From contig CAJINV010000011.1 of assembly GCA_905178155.1 (NCBI GenBank), forward strand, positions 2,375,331-2,439,330: a stretch of 64,000 nt of DNA. Direction: 5' to 3'. The notes beneath the pieces were generated by a model. That model made no database searches. It had not been told where the DNA came from and saw nothing but the letters and a program-made list of their open reading frames with translations. This stretch comes from Amoebophrya sp. A120. Taxonomy: Eukaryota; Protista; Dinoflagellata. Positions 32,528-44,696 of this stretch are shown piece after piece. Position 1 is the first letter of the stretch; every line of letters starts with the position of its first letter. Both the position numbers and the translations under genes were made by a program.

Positions 32528-35390
32528 GAGATGATGAAGGGAGAATTTTACTCTTCCTTCGTCGAGATCAAGCAAGCGTAAGAAATCTAATTTTTAACGA
32601 AAGGTCTTTCATTTTTATTTTGGATAAGCAGCGAGAGTTTGTGTTTGGTTACTTGCTGGATAAGTTCGTTTGTAAATCAAAATCACACGCACGTCCTGAT
32701 TCAACGCAGCTTCAATCAAGAGAGGCGTAAACCACTCACTGAGTAGAAGAAAAAGAGGTATTAGAAACTGGCCGTTCTTTGTCTCTACTTCTCGTTTTGT
32801 CTTCTGCGCATCGGGTTTTATGATTATGAATTTGTACGGCAAAGACAAACAGACATACACACGTACAACCATCCGCTCTGTTTTAGCCTACAAACAGTTT
32901 TATTAGTTAGTTCCTATCCCTGCTGGCAACTCCAGGTAGTTGATCTAGCCTCCAAACATTTTCATTTTCCCGTACTAATACTATTGGATTGCTGCCAGCA
33001 CCTCTAGGTTTAGTGCCGTTTTTTATGCTGTATTCGTAATTTTTTTGGGTCGGGAATGATTTCAACATCAACACAACCATATCATGCGAAATTATGCTTA
33101 ACCAAAACGAACCTAAGATCATGGTGATGGTACTACTTATTTCATGACCAAGCGAAGAAGAATGAGAATAATGACGAATGCATATTATCGAAACGTCAAT
33201 GAGTGGGCGTGCGCCTCCTGTATTTCGTAGCGTCAGAATTTTCCCCCGCGGCGTCCAAGATGACAGGATATCACTAAGAACATGCGGCGTACTCTTGAAT
33301 GAAAGAAAGGACAGGTAACTAACTTATGAAACATTCGAGCGCATAACCGTATTCGAAATAATACGGAAGCTTGTGCTTCCAGTTTTGCAATGGTCAAAGT
33401 GTAGAAGGGCTGTTCCCTTTATTGGGCCTTTGTCCAACTGGGAATATGAGTGTGAGGAAAGACGAGAACTATGCCTTCCAAAAAGAGTTGGGAGGAGTAT
33501 GTACTCCCATGATGAGATCATACACCAACCGAGAGCGAGCGTGTCTATTTTCCCTTTCCTTTTATTTTCCTCTAGCCTCGGGCTCGGGATTCCGATGCGA
33601 AGTTGGCAGCGTCGTGGCTGGAGCGCCGCGCCGTCCGTGCAGGCCGCCTTGGGATCATGTCACCCCGTGCCGGCCGGCCCCTGGGCGCCCTTCTGCGCCG
33701 GCGCCCGAGAACGAAGGCCCCGGCGGCCAGGATGGAGAAACGCGAACCACACGCACCAGAAAAGTTCCACCCTGCTTATTGGGGAGGCCAAGTTTCACCG
33801 CGCCCGCGCGTTTTGTCCGAAGTGATTTATCGCGAGCGTTTTGCGCGAAATAATTCCCGCTGCGCTGGCCCCTTGTGTGTTTCCGACCGGAGTGGCCTGC
33901 TTCGGTTTGCAGGCTGGCCGCGTCTACGCAGGAGGAGAGGGGGACGAAGCTGGTTGATGGTGATAGCGCTTGGGGGGTTTGCGAAACTGCATCAAGGAAT
34001 TGGGAGCGAGGCGAGACAATGGGGGTTGTTATGGCTTCGGGGCTTGGGCCTGCAGCCCTGCGCGGCGGCGCTTGCTTGCCCGCTTTCCTGGGTGGGGGGC
34101 CCTGCCTAGTTGTGGGGCCGGTAAGCTGGCTCCCGTGCGTTGTTGCGCCCGCGCATTGGCGCAGGCGGCCGCGGGGCGCGGCGGCAATACGCGCTCGACC
34201 AAGGGAAGGCATTGACGCGGAGGAAGGTCTCGAGGACGCGGCGCCCCACAAGTCAGGACCGCAATAGATCCAAGACTGACCGGGGCAGGGCGCGTCAGTT
34301 TCTAGGTTCCGGCCGCGCGAAGCGCGCGCGGTCTCTCTGTGGCCCCCCGGCCGTGCCGCCCCGGTCGCTTGCCGCGACGCAGCGAGCCCCCCGCCGCCCG
34401 GGCCCCCGGTCAATTCGTTGCGCGCATGCGATGCGCTGGCCCTTTGTCGGGGCCGGCGGGCCGGCGCTCCGTGCGCCTGGCTGCCTCTCTTGGTTGCGCC
34501 GCCCGCCGGCCACATCTTTGTTTTGACTTGGGTGGCCGGAGCGCCAGCGCGTGCGTAGATATTGTTTGCCCTTGTGGCGTGGCGCGCTAGCTCCTGTCGT
34601 TGTTGCTAGCTTGGTCCGCGGACCGCGCGCCAATCCTCCCGGCAGCCTGCCCATTGATGCCGGCGCGCCCATAGGCTGGCGGGGCGCATGGACGAGACTG
34701 CGCAGGAACAAGTCAAGCGGCCTGATGGGTTCTCTCTTACACTTGTTTGCTTTTGGACTGCTTTTCCGTCAGGGCCAAGCTGCTAGATTGGAGCTACACC
34801 GCCAACAAGTCAGGAGCGTCTGCATGTTTTGGTGCGGATTGTTTTGGTGTTCTGCTGGGTACTGGATAACATCATCGTCATCACTTGCCACGATCCATTG
34901 TCTTTGAGTCGGTGTCGTTGCGCCCATGAAGTATCGCTTCGTTTGTCCTTCTTCGAGATACGCATTGAAAATCGCAGTTGAAAGTGAACAAAGTCAAACC
35001 GAGCATGTTCTTGCTCTTGTACCTGTCTTCTAGTGCGCTTAGGCTAGTGATGTATGCAGACTGTTGACATTTCTCTTTCCAGCACGTAATTTGCCGTCGA
35101 CTTACACTCGCAGGCTTCGCATGGCCCAACTTCGATCTTCTCAAAAGACTCTGGAGATTCACAAATGTGTGCAACCAAAGATGAAGATACAAGCTCTCTT
35201 TGGAACAGGGTGAAATCCTCGGCATCCATTTCTCCTTGTTGCATTATGTCCCGCGAGTAGCAGGAAGTAAAAGTGCACATTTGTTCCAGTTACCACATAC
35301 GTTTATGTTGTTGACGCAAGTTTTCTTTTTCTCATCAATGCCATTCTGTGGCATTAGGATCATAGACCATTGACGCCACGGCGGGTCTGC

Positions 35391-35870
35391 ATGGTATACG
35401 TAGAAGAGTACATCCTTGAGTTCGGTCTACTCGGACCGCACGTCATCGTTTACGCAGAACTACTCCACGCTGGTGCGGGAGGTATGGAGCGCAATTCCCG
35501 AGACGCGGGAAAGAAGCTCAAAGGCATTTCGGAAATCGCAGCCGTACTGCAAATCAACCCGGCCCGGTGGAAGCCAGCCGCCGAAAAGCGCGTCATCACG
35601 CTTGGCGCGGGAAGAAAAAAGAATCCGCATAACGTCTTGACAAACGGCGACGACGCGGCAAAGTTGCGCGAGGCTTTGGAGAAAGTGCGGACCGCGGTCC
35701 CTAGTGGAGGTGCTACGCTGGCTGTGGTGGACAGACTGAAATCTACCGCGGGTCTAGCGTTGACGGTGGCAGATGAAAGCGGCGATGCGAAGAGCGTGTT
35801 GGAGCGCGTGAAAGAAGTGATCACGGGATTCGAATTCCACCAAGAGGATGAGCAAGAAGAGGAAGAATGA
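35391..35870 (+). CDS. Hypothetical protein (possibly the last exon of a longer gene)
   Basis: ~160-codon ORF with protein-like composition and an acidic tail (HQEDEQEEEE); no family recognised. Confidence 0.45.
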   Translation: MVYVEEYILEFGLLGPHVIVYAELLHAGAGGMERNSRDAGKKLKGISEIAAVLQINPARWKPAAEKRVITLGAGRKKNPHNVLTNGDDAAKLREALEKVRTAVPSGGATLAVVDRLKSTAGLALTVADESGDAKSVLERVKEVITGFEFHQEDEQEEEE

Positions 35871-35987
35871 TTTACTTGGAGCAAGTCGTGCTAGATCAAC
35901 CTCATCAACGTCACCGCGGCCTAGAAGGGAGTCCCGTCTACTTCGGCGCGCTGTTCCCAATCGCACTCACTGCGGTGCTTCGCCAAC

Positions 35988-38900
35988 ATGTTGGCCGCAA
36001 AGCAGAAAACTATTGCCCAGCTGGGCCGGGCTTTGCTCCGCGGAAACGTCGGCGACGGCCTCGCCTTGCTGCAGAAAAACGCCCAGCACGCGTCCGGCCG
36101 GGAGGCTGCATGCGTGTTCTCGTTGGCAGTGAGGACCAAGGACTGGGTTGCGGCCGCGGAGGTGCTGGAGCTCGCTGTGGGGGCTAGTATTAAAGAACCC
36201 CCTCATGCACCGCGGTCTGTCTCTGCTGGACCAAAGAACAAGTTCACGTTTCGCGCCAGGCAAGAGGAGTGGGAGCTGCTGGTGACGGAGCTGGCGCGGC
36301 TCTGGGACGGGAAGAGAGCGGAGAAAATTTTCCAAATCGGAATCGAAAAGTTGAAGTTGCAGCAGCCAGGCATCGGCGTGAAGGTCGCTTTACTCCGAGC
36401 GTTTGGTTTAGTTGGAGACTGTATCAAATATAAAAATGTCTGGGTCAGGAAAAATGCAACTTGTGATGCTGCATTTGGATGTCTAAAAAAATTTGTGTTG
36501 CATGAGCAGCAAAAGGAATCTAATTTTTCCTACGCGGAGAGGGCATTTGTCATGCGGAATACGCATGAGGAAGCCCACAAAAAATCTGTGATGCCAGGGC
36601 ATGCATCACAGACATCATGGCTCATGCAAAACGCGCATGACATTGACAAGTCTCAGGATCTTCCAGACCCAGACATTTTTACATTTGATAGACTGGCAAT
36701 CTGCAGCGCGGCTGTTCTACCAATGGCAGGCTGAGAGCTATAATCCGCCGTGCAAAATAACTGCCGACACGAGAAGTTGTGCATTGACAGCTCCAGAGCC
36801 AGATTCTCAAACCTCGATGGACTACGATGTGAAAACGTCCACATCCCATCACGAAAGCTGCCAGTACTTGCTGTCCGCTTTTCTGAGTGCCCTGGAACGT
36901 GGAAACGCACCAGACGGGATCACGCAGCAGTTCGTTTCCCAGCTTCTGTCCTACGAGAAAACAACTACAGAAAGGTTTTTGAAAGCTCGTAGTAAAGGTG
37001 AAGCAGTTGTCCACCTCCCAACGAGATCTTCTACTGCGGGCCGCCTAGATATCGTCGCCTACTCCGCCATCCTGCGAGTGTTCGAGAAGAGACCTGATTT
37101 AGAGGGGATGATGGAAATTTGGAATAAGATTCCGGTGGAGAAAGACGCAATTTCCTACAACATCGCATTGAGTTGCGTTTGCAGAACCATGTACCACATG
37201 GTCGGTGTGCTCGAACAAGATGGCTGCACATTGGATCAGGACGGGCACTGTCTTGACGAGAATATTACAGCTGATGGTGCGAATTACTCGGGAGCACCAT
37301 CTTCATGTCATGGTCTTCTGTCCTCCGACACAGCATCAAATCTCAAGCACAGGCAGCACCTTCTCACCACCGCTGAGAAGTTTCTCGTTGAAATGTCAGA
37401 GTCAGACGCGAAAAATATCAAAAAGACCGCGGTGACGCTGAACACCGCCGTGCGTATTTGTGAACTTGCAGAGGAGCCGGAGCGCGGGCTCAAGTGGATT
37501 TCGCGCTACTTTCTGCGAGAAGTTGGCAGCGCGAACGGTGGAGGAATGGATGAGTCATGGTTCCGACGTCAGAATAAAGAAGACTTGGCTGATGCAGTCC
37601 TGCAGAGCAGCACGCAAGCCACAGTCAGCGCCAGTCCCTTCGCCTCTGCCCGCCCAGCGACCATCACGGCTGAATTGCTAGCACAGGTTTCCGAGAGACT
37701 AGAGTCGGGTATGATGGAATCAACAAAAGCGTCGGTGGGTTGGTGGGGGAATCAAAATCATCTGCACAGTACTACTAGTTTCGTTCGAGAACCTCATGAT
37801 CCCCAGGTACGAAATAGCGACGGCAACGCCAGCGGCGAACTGGAAAAGAACGCGTCCGTAATGCACAGCCGCTATCACTACGACATACACACCACAGACC
37901 TTCCCTTCCTCAACCGAGTGCAAAACACGCTTGCTGCACGACTGGAGGACTGGGAAAAAACGGGCAAGGCTCTGCAAGTGTTGGAAGGTGCGTTGGCAGA
38001 CGCTGCACTTCTCGCGCCGAATTGGAAACTGGTCCCCTACGGCTCCCTGTACTGCGGAACTGCAGGTCGCGGGGCGGACTTGGATGTGACATTAGTACGT
38101 GCAAAGAACCAGAAGCAGGAGGTCGTGCAAGCAGACGAAAGTAAGAGTAACGCATCCAGTGTTGAAGCACACTCAGCTCCTACGCGTGAAAACTTCACCG
38201 CCCTTGCACAGTTGTACCCGGACCAGCTGCAAGGTGAAAAAGCGAAGCTCCGCCACCTCCACCACACACGCGACCAGCAGCAACGAGTGTTGTTGAAGTG
38301 TGTCACTGCTCTTCGACAGAATTCGCGAATTCTCCATGTAGACGCTCGGCTGGGAGGTAGAGTGCCGGTTGCGAGTTTCCAGGTTTTGGTCCCGCAAGCA
38401 GAGGATAAATGCGATTTCGCGGAGGAATTCGTAAGTACTGTTGACTTGACTGTCGACAACACACACGCGTTGGAAAAAACCGCGTTTCTGCGGAAGCACT
38501 TTGGAAACAAGAACAGTGAAGAGACCACATCAGCTGGTCTCCTTGCCGTTCTGGTCAAGCAGTGGGCCAAGCAGGAGAAAATCTTTGGACAGACGCACGG
38601 AATGCTGGGTGGCTACGCTTTTTCTCTTCTGGTCGTGCACTACATCCGGGCTGTGCTCTTCAATCAGACCAACGAAAACTTCGCAGCAAATAAACACCTG
38701 CTCGTCCCTAGAATAACCATCGGGTTCTCTCCTCGTCTCTTTCACGGCTTCTTCCACTACTTCGCGCACGAACACGACTGGAACCGCGGGGAGAAAATTT
38801 CTTTCACTCACGAACAGACCTACAGCGACGGTGGCGCTACTACCCTACCTGGTTGCAAAATGCAAAAGGAATACTCCGGTCGGCCCTCATTGGTACTTAT

Positions 38901-39045
38901 GGATCCGGTTGAAACAGGGTGGAATCTGGGGAACATTCTAGATGCGGATCGGTTGGCACGAACGCGTGCGGCTTTCTCCAGAGCAGCGGAAGACGGTACC
39001 GAGATCGGCTGGCAGGTGCTTCAGCGAGCGAGGGTGGAAACATAG
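35988..39045 (+). CDS. PPR-repeat protein fused to a Cid1/TUTase-PAP family nucleotidyltransferase (~927 aa)
   Basis: PPR-like motifs ALLRAFGLVGDWQSAARLF, DIVAYSAILRVF, DAISYNIALSCV and TAVTLNTAVRIC. Pol-beta NTase motif PYGSLYCGTAGRGADLDV plus VDLTVDN, LVKQWAK..GMLGGYAFSLLVVHY, FHGFFHYF and LMDPVETGWNLG. One introner-like element. Confidence 0.82.
36422..36690. mobile_element. Introner-like element family A, 269 bp
   Basis: TATCAAATATAAAAATGTCTGGGTC...GACCCAGACATTTTTACATTTGATA; DR GACTG; removal gives VGD-WQSA. Confidence 0.94.
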
Positions 39046-39858
39046 TGGCAGCGGTGACTGCATGATTGAATTTTAAAGTTCAGGCTGTGTGGCGCCAACA
39101 AGATCAACCTCAACACGGTTATGTGTGTTGAATTGTGTCGGCGAGTTGAGCAGTGCGCACACTCTCCGAGCCGCTGGCGCTGCCGTTGCTCGTGCTCTCG
39201 TCTCGAGTTTTAGTTTTCTGCGGTGTTCAACAATCTTCCAATTCCAGCCTCGTCTTCAATAGCATCACTCCCTGCTTGGTGCTGTTCCTTGTCCCCTTCA
39301 AGAAGGTCTTTGATGATTCCGCAATTCTGAAGGTTCGTTGTTTGATCTTGTTCATGAAGGCACCACGAGAGGTCAAACCAAGAAAGATGCTTTCCCAAGG
39401 TCGAAGTGAACTCCGAACGAAGCGAAGGAAGATCGGGATCTGTCGTAGTTGAACGTGCGCAGCTCTATTCCCTCCCTGATGTGCGTCGTAGTCACGCTGC
39501 GAGCAATCACGACCTATTCACAAGTTGGAGCAGAGAAAAGTAGTATAAGTACAATAGTAGCATCTGGACTGTCAGCCATGATTTGGTCGAAGATGCGACC
39601 AAAGAGAAAGATGCGCATCACTGCACGTTGAAAAGAACTTCTTGGAAAGCACTTCCGTCTGTGGAGAGTCTCCAGAGCATCAGCTGCGTAGTTTCGCAGT
39701 AGCGGGCTGCGAAAGGTGCAAGAAACACAGTCTGATCACCCCCTTCCTCCTACCTCCACGCACCGCACGGGGCTGACGCCCAGCGCATTGAAAGGAAGAG
39801 TGATTCTTGCAGCCGTGCTCCTTGTTTCCCAGCACTACGTGCATCATTTGCTGCAAAA

Positions 39859-42800
39859 ATGGCGTCCAGCAGCTCCTCCTCGGGCGGCGCATCAATGTCG
39901 ATGAAGAACAAGTCGTCGAAGCAGCTTTTGCTTGCGATGCAGCGCTACATCGAGAACATGCTGGACCGTGTCCCGGGCATGAAGGTACTCGTCCTGGACC
40001 AGGAGACGACGGGCATCATGAGCATGGTCTACTCCCAGTCCCTATGGATTGCAAATATGTCTGGGTCTGGAAGAGCCAAACTTGTGATGCTGCATTTGGA
40101 TGCTATAAAAATCTGTATTGCAGCATGTTGAGCAGCAAGAAGAGTCAAATTTGGCTACGCGGAGAAGACATTTGCCATGCAGGATGCGCATCGATTGGCG
40201 CTCAAAAAATCTGTGATGCTATGGCATACAACAGAGACGTCATGGATCATGGAAGATGTGCACGACAAACTTCTCCTCTTCCAGACGCAGACATTTTTAC
40301 ATTTGATAGTCCCAAATCCTCGAAAAGGAGGTCTTCCTTGTCGAAAAGATAGAAACGGAGTCCGCCAGCGGGGAGTCGGCCGGGCGGCACTTGACCGCGG
40401 TCTTCTTCATCCGCCCGACGGACAAAAACTTCATGCTCTTGATATGGAGTTCTCAAATGTTACATTCTGAACTGTTACATGAATTTGTAATGCAAGACTG
40501 GCAAAAGTGAAAGGAGAAAGATTGCGCCTTTTGCATTACAAGCTTGGCGCAGATTATGATGCTGTCTAGCCCTTCCGAAATTTGTCATGCGAAGCAGCTC
40601 GATCATCTGCCGGCTCAAGGTACTTTTGCATGACAAATTCATGTAACAGTTGGGAGTGTAACGTTTGAGAACGCCATACTTGACCAAGCAGCTGAAGCTG
40701 CAGCGGTACAAGAGCTACCACCTATCCTCTGCAAAAGTATCGTACTCGTAGTAATTGCATTTATGCATTACAAATCCAGTTCCTAAGGCAAATCCGCATT
40801 ACAAATTCAATTTGTAATGCTGAGCCAATTTGTGTTGCAATTCATACTGGTACGATGCTTTTGCATTTCATACCACCTGTTTTTCACCAATTCCGTTCCG
40901 CACCACCGACTCGAGCAGTTGGCGTGCTGCGACGAAAAGGAGTTGGTGCAGCAGGTATTTTTTTATCGCAGCACGACGGTAGTTGTTCGAGGGATTTGTT
41001 GCGGTTATGAAGATCGAGATACGGCATACCCATACGCAATGTTGATGAGTTTCTACCTGTACAACCTCCGAGTTGAAAAGGAAGATGTTCTCTCTGCTGT
41101 GCCGAGGAAATGAACTGGAGCATCACATGAAAAAATCTAACCCAGGTGCAAGAAATTTTCAGCGACGTGTATGCAGTCACCGACTCGCTTTTTTCCCTGA
41201 ATCAAGCGAGCAATATTTGGATGGCGGTGCGAAACCCGGTGCATTGGACGGCGTACGAGGAATCGATCTTTCAGCGACATGTCGAGGGGATTTTGAGCAG
41301 CCTGCTCTCCCTGCAAAGCATCGACGGCTCCAAGCCCGTAATACGCTACGCCCACGGATCGGTCATAACGCAAAAACTTGCACAGGAACTGACGCAGAGA
41401 ATACGGGACGAGTCGGCGCTGTTCGGTATGGTTTCGTGCTCTTTGTTTTGTGTTTTTTATGTAGGCGGGCCGCCTATTGGAAACGCATTCTGTCATGCAT
41501 GAAGCGTACAACGTCGACTACGGCGACGGCCTGTGTCTGTGTGAATATCGCTTTACTTATTTATAATTTCCTTTCCTCCATCCAGGCTCCAGCCCCTCCC
41601 AGCATACCGGCGCTCCACCGAGGACGGTGTTGATTGCGGACCGGCGGGACGACCCTGTAACCCCGTTGCTGAACCAGTGGACCTATCACGCGATGATCAA
41701 CGAGCTACTCACCTCGGAAAACAACCGCGTGGACTTACGGAAGGCCCCCGGGATTTCCGCCGAACAGAAGGAAGTGACCATATCAACCAAAGACGACCCC
41801 TTTTTCGAGGAAAACATGTACTCGAACTTCGGCGACTTGGGAGCGAGTATAGATGCCCGTTTTTAGATTGGTTTTGCATTATTTGGTGCTCCGAATCAAT
41901 GGTGGTCGTGGTCAACACGGTCACGGTCGGGCGAGATGACGCAAGCAGAACAGAATGAGTCGTGCTGAAAATATTTTCTTCATATATTCTAATGGAAGCG
42001 ACATAGCGATATTAGCTCCTCCAATCGTCGAAGATCGCGTTGAAAACTCGTCTCAGATATCAAGCGCTATTTGGCCACGTTCCAGCAGCAGACGCAGAAC
42101 AGCCAGAACATCGAAACGATTGAGGACATGCAGAATTTTGTCGACAACTACCCGGAATTCAAGCGTTTGTCTGGAAACGTCTCAAAACACGTCGCCGTCG
42201 TGCACGAGCTCAGCAGAATTGTGCAGAACTGTATCTATAATAAAATGAGACCGCCCTTCTGCCTAGAATTTTTCTTGGCTAGGCAGTTAGGGTTTTAGGA
42301 TTTAGCAAGTTTAGGGCTCCTATATTGATTCTCGGTAGACCTAGACGTAACTGTGACAAACTGTGACAATGTTTTGCGTCGCGGTCGCCGTCGGTGAAGC
42401 ATTTTGCCTGTGGATTGACGCACATCAAATAAGTAAAAGCCATTTCATAATTTTCGTTTTCCCAACCAAAACTGCAGGTGGCCTCCTTCAAGTTTCACAA
42501 ATCGAGCAGGATTTGGCTTGCACTGAGGCCCGGAACACGCACTTTGATCAGGTGATGCAAAACTTGAAGTCGCCGGATTTGAACAACATGGAGCGGCTCC
42601 GCTTGGTCTTACTCTTCGCCCTGCGCTACGAGAACGAGCGGGGAGCCATTGATTCGTTAAAGGAAGAGCTGCGTAGAAGCAAAATCGACCCGGAACAGAT
42701 CCAGCTTGTGGACTGCTTGCTCAAGTAATTTTTCGTGTTGTGGTCTACTCCGCTTCTTTTTCTTGTTGAATGTCAATATGCAGGAGCTGCAGTGCTATGC

Positions 42801-43596
42801 TGCTCGCATTCCAAAAACAAAAGAAGGAACAAGGCTTAATATTTCACTAGACACGACCGCACGTCTTGTGCAAAAAATCCAGGTACGCCGGCGCGAACGT
42901 GCGCGGCGGGGACCTTTTCGGCAACAAGACGTGGCTGAACGCGGGGCTGACCCGGTTGGCGAAGGGCTTGAGCTTCAAGGGCATTGAGAACGTGTACACG
43001 CAGCACACGTCCGTCTTGAAATCCGTGGTAGACCAGCTGATCAAGGGAAAGCTGCGGGAGTCCGAGTTTCCCTTCACGCCCGGGATGTTCGCGTCTTCGA
43101 AGGACCGCGCACCAAACTATCAAAAGGAAAAATCCCCCCTGCCCATATCAAAACGGAAATCTGTGATGCAGATTTGTTGTCACAAATCAGCTGTGTCATG
43201 CTACACGGGAAAAGATGCGGACTGTAGTGCTGGGTGGCGTGGGGGAGCCTTGCATCTTCAGCATGATAGGAGGCAGCTGAGAGTGGGAAACAGCATGACA
43301 AATTGCCTGCAAACGAGACCACGACTGCGGCTCTTGGCCTTCTAGCATGACAAGTCGATTTGGTACCTCAAATCCTGCATCACAGATTTCCATTTCGATA
43401 TGGGGAGGGGGGATTTTTTCCGTTTGATACAAACATCTTGGTCTTCGTGGTCGGTGGCTGCACGCTGGAGGAGGCGCGGGACCTCGCAGATCTGGCCAAG
43501 GAGCAGAGGTGCAGCATCGTGCTGGGTGGCAGCTGCCTGCACAGCAGCAAAACATTTTTAGCGGACGTGGCGCAACTAGCCAGGACGAGGGGGTGA
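39859..43596 (+). CDS. VPS45: Vacuolar protein sorting 45 (Sec1/Munc18 family)
   Basis: Motifs [100 protein letters not shown] and VFVVGGCTLEEA. Five GT-AG introns and four introner-like elements. Confidence 0.96.
40043..40308. mobile_element. Introner-like element family A, 266 bp
   Basis: TATGGATTGCAAATATGTCTGGGTCTGGAAG...CTTCCAGACGCAGACATTTTTACATTTGATA; DR GTCCC; removal gives [11 protein letters not shown]. Confidence 0.94.
40443..40678. mobile_element. Introner-like element family D, 236 bp
   Basis: TATGGAGTTCTCAAATGTTACA...TGTAACGTTTGAGAACGCCATA; DR CTTGA; removal gives FMLL-TKQL. Confidence 0.93.
40723..40872. mobile_element. Introner-like element family C, 150 bp
   Basis: TATCCTCTGCAAAAGTATCGTAC...GTACGATGCTTTTGCATTTCATA; DR CCACC; removal gives SYH-LFFTN. 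Confidence 0.93.
42283..42332 (+). repeat. ~50-bp intronic motif with degenerate TTTAGGG-like units; second copy at 63325-63374
   Basis: GCAGTTAGGGTTTTAGGATTTAGCAAGTTTAGGGCTCCTATATTGAT vs GCAGTTAGAGTTTTAGGATTTAGCATATTTCGGGTTCCTATTTTGAT. Confidence 0.75.
43118..43429. mobile_element. Introner-like element family B, 312 bp
   Basis: TATCAAAAGGAAAAATCCCCCC...GGGGGGATTTTTTCCGTTTGATA; DR CAAAC; removal gives APN-ILVFVVGG. Confidence 0.95.
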
Positions 43597-44696
43597 AGAA
43601 GTTGGAACAGACTCTTGCTGAAGATGGATGTCTAGTTATTGCACTAGCTCTAGCAGCAGAAGTCGCCGCCTTTAAATCCAGCTCTGCCACCAGATCTGGC
43701 TTCCTCGCCGCTACCATTAGGACTTCTACACGGAACAGGACATTACCATCACGGAACCTGATGGTATGGTCCTCTTCCACCTGCCTCATGAGAGACAAGA
43801 CAGGAAAGATAAGTATTGAAGTATCAAGGACGTCGCCGCACACATGCCGACGGTCATGCTGATGATGAAGCACCGGCGCAAGGGGTCGGGAGCACTCCTG
43901 GAACGCCGAGTTAGTACTATGTGTCGCTGTCGAATCTTCACTGTCAGAATGCGCAGGAAGATGCAACAATGAAGCTCGGATGGAGAAATCGTTTTTACGT
44001 TTGTGTCGCTTACGCACCTACTATACGAAGAGATGCACGAAAGCGAGCATCCTGTTTCGATTCTTTGAGGAAGAAAGTGATCGCCGGTTCCACTCTGTTC
44101 CGACTGCGTGTCGTGGTCTTGGGCAGAAGATCTCTAGAGCAGCCGTCGCGATAAGCATAAGAGCAGCAGCGTAGAAAGACAACCGAAATCAATCGTTCTA
44201 CTCTGTAACAATAACAAACAACAAGCAATTAGCGGTAGCTATCTCCTACTAGTTGACTTTTTGAAGACGGATCCTATCTTTGTGGAAAAAGTTTCGTAGT
44301 CTCATTCATGGTTTCCGTTTCGTAATTATAACATTCGTGATCATCACCATCACGTCACTGATGTGTTGTTCGCCTTCGTGCTGATTCTGCTTCGTTTTTT
44401 AGACTAGATTTTGAGCACTACATTTGTTTCTGCCATGTTTCCTTTTGCTTTGCGACACATCAGTGATCAATTCATGGTCAACATCTTCGACGTCGGTCGG
44501 ATTGCTTGTTTCATCCCTAATCATGCAGTATGACTGCTACCGTAATGCCAATGCTTACGCGCCGCGCTTGCGTACAATTTTGAGAACGATCTTTTCTTGA
44601 GGTACTCGTATCTCCTTCCCAATCTCTCGTGGTCAGAACTTTGTGAACAAAACCTCTTCGTCACCGTCTTTCTGACTCGCAGTTCAATTCGAAATC

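Noticed and set aside
29846-32575. Long minus-strand ORFs opposite PFK, and similar ones opposite other genes
   Set aside because: Antisense shadows of GC3-biased coding sequence.
43196-44017. 273-aa minus-strand ORF sharing its C-terminus with ORF 31135-31413
   Set aside because: The shared part is the family B element; the rest is antisense to Vps45 and its 3' region. No transposase motifs.
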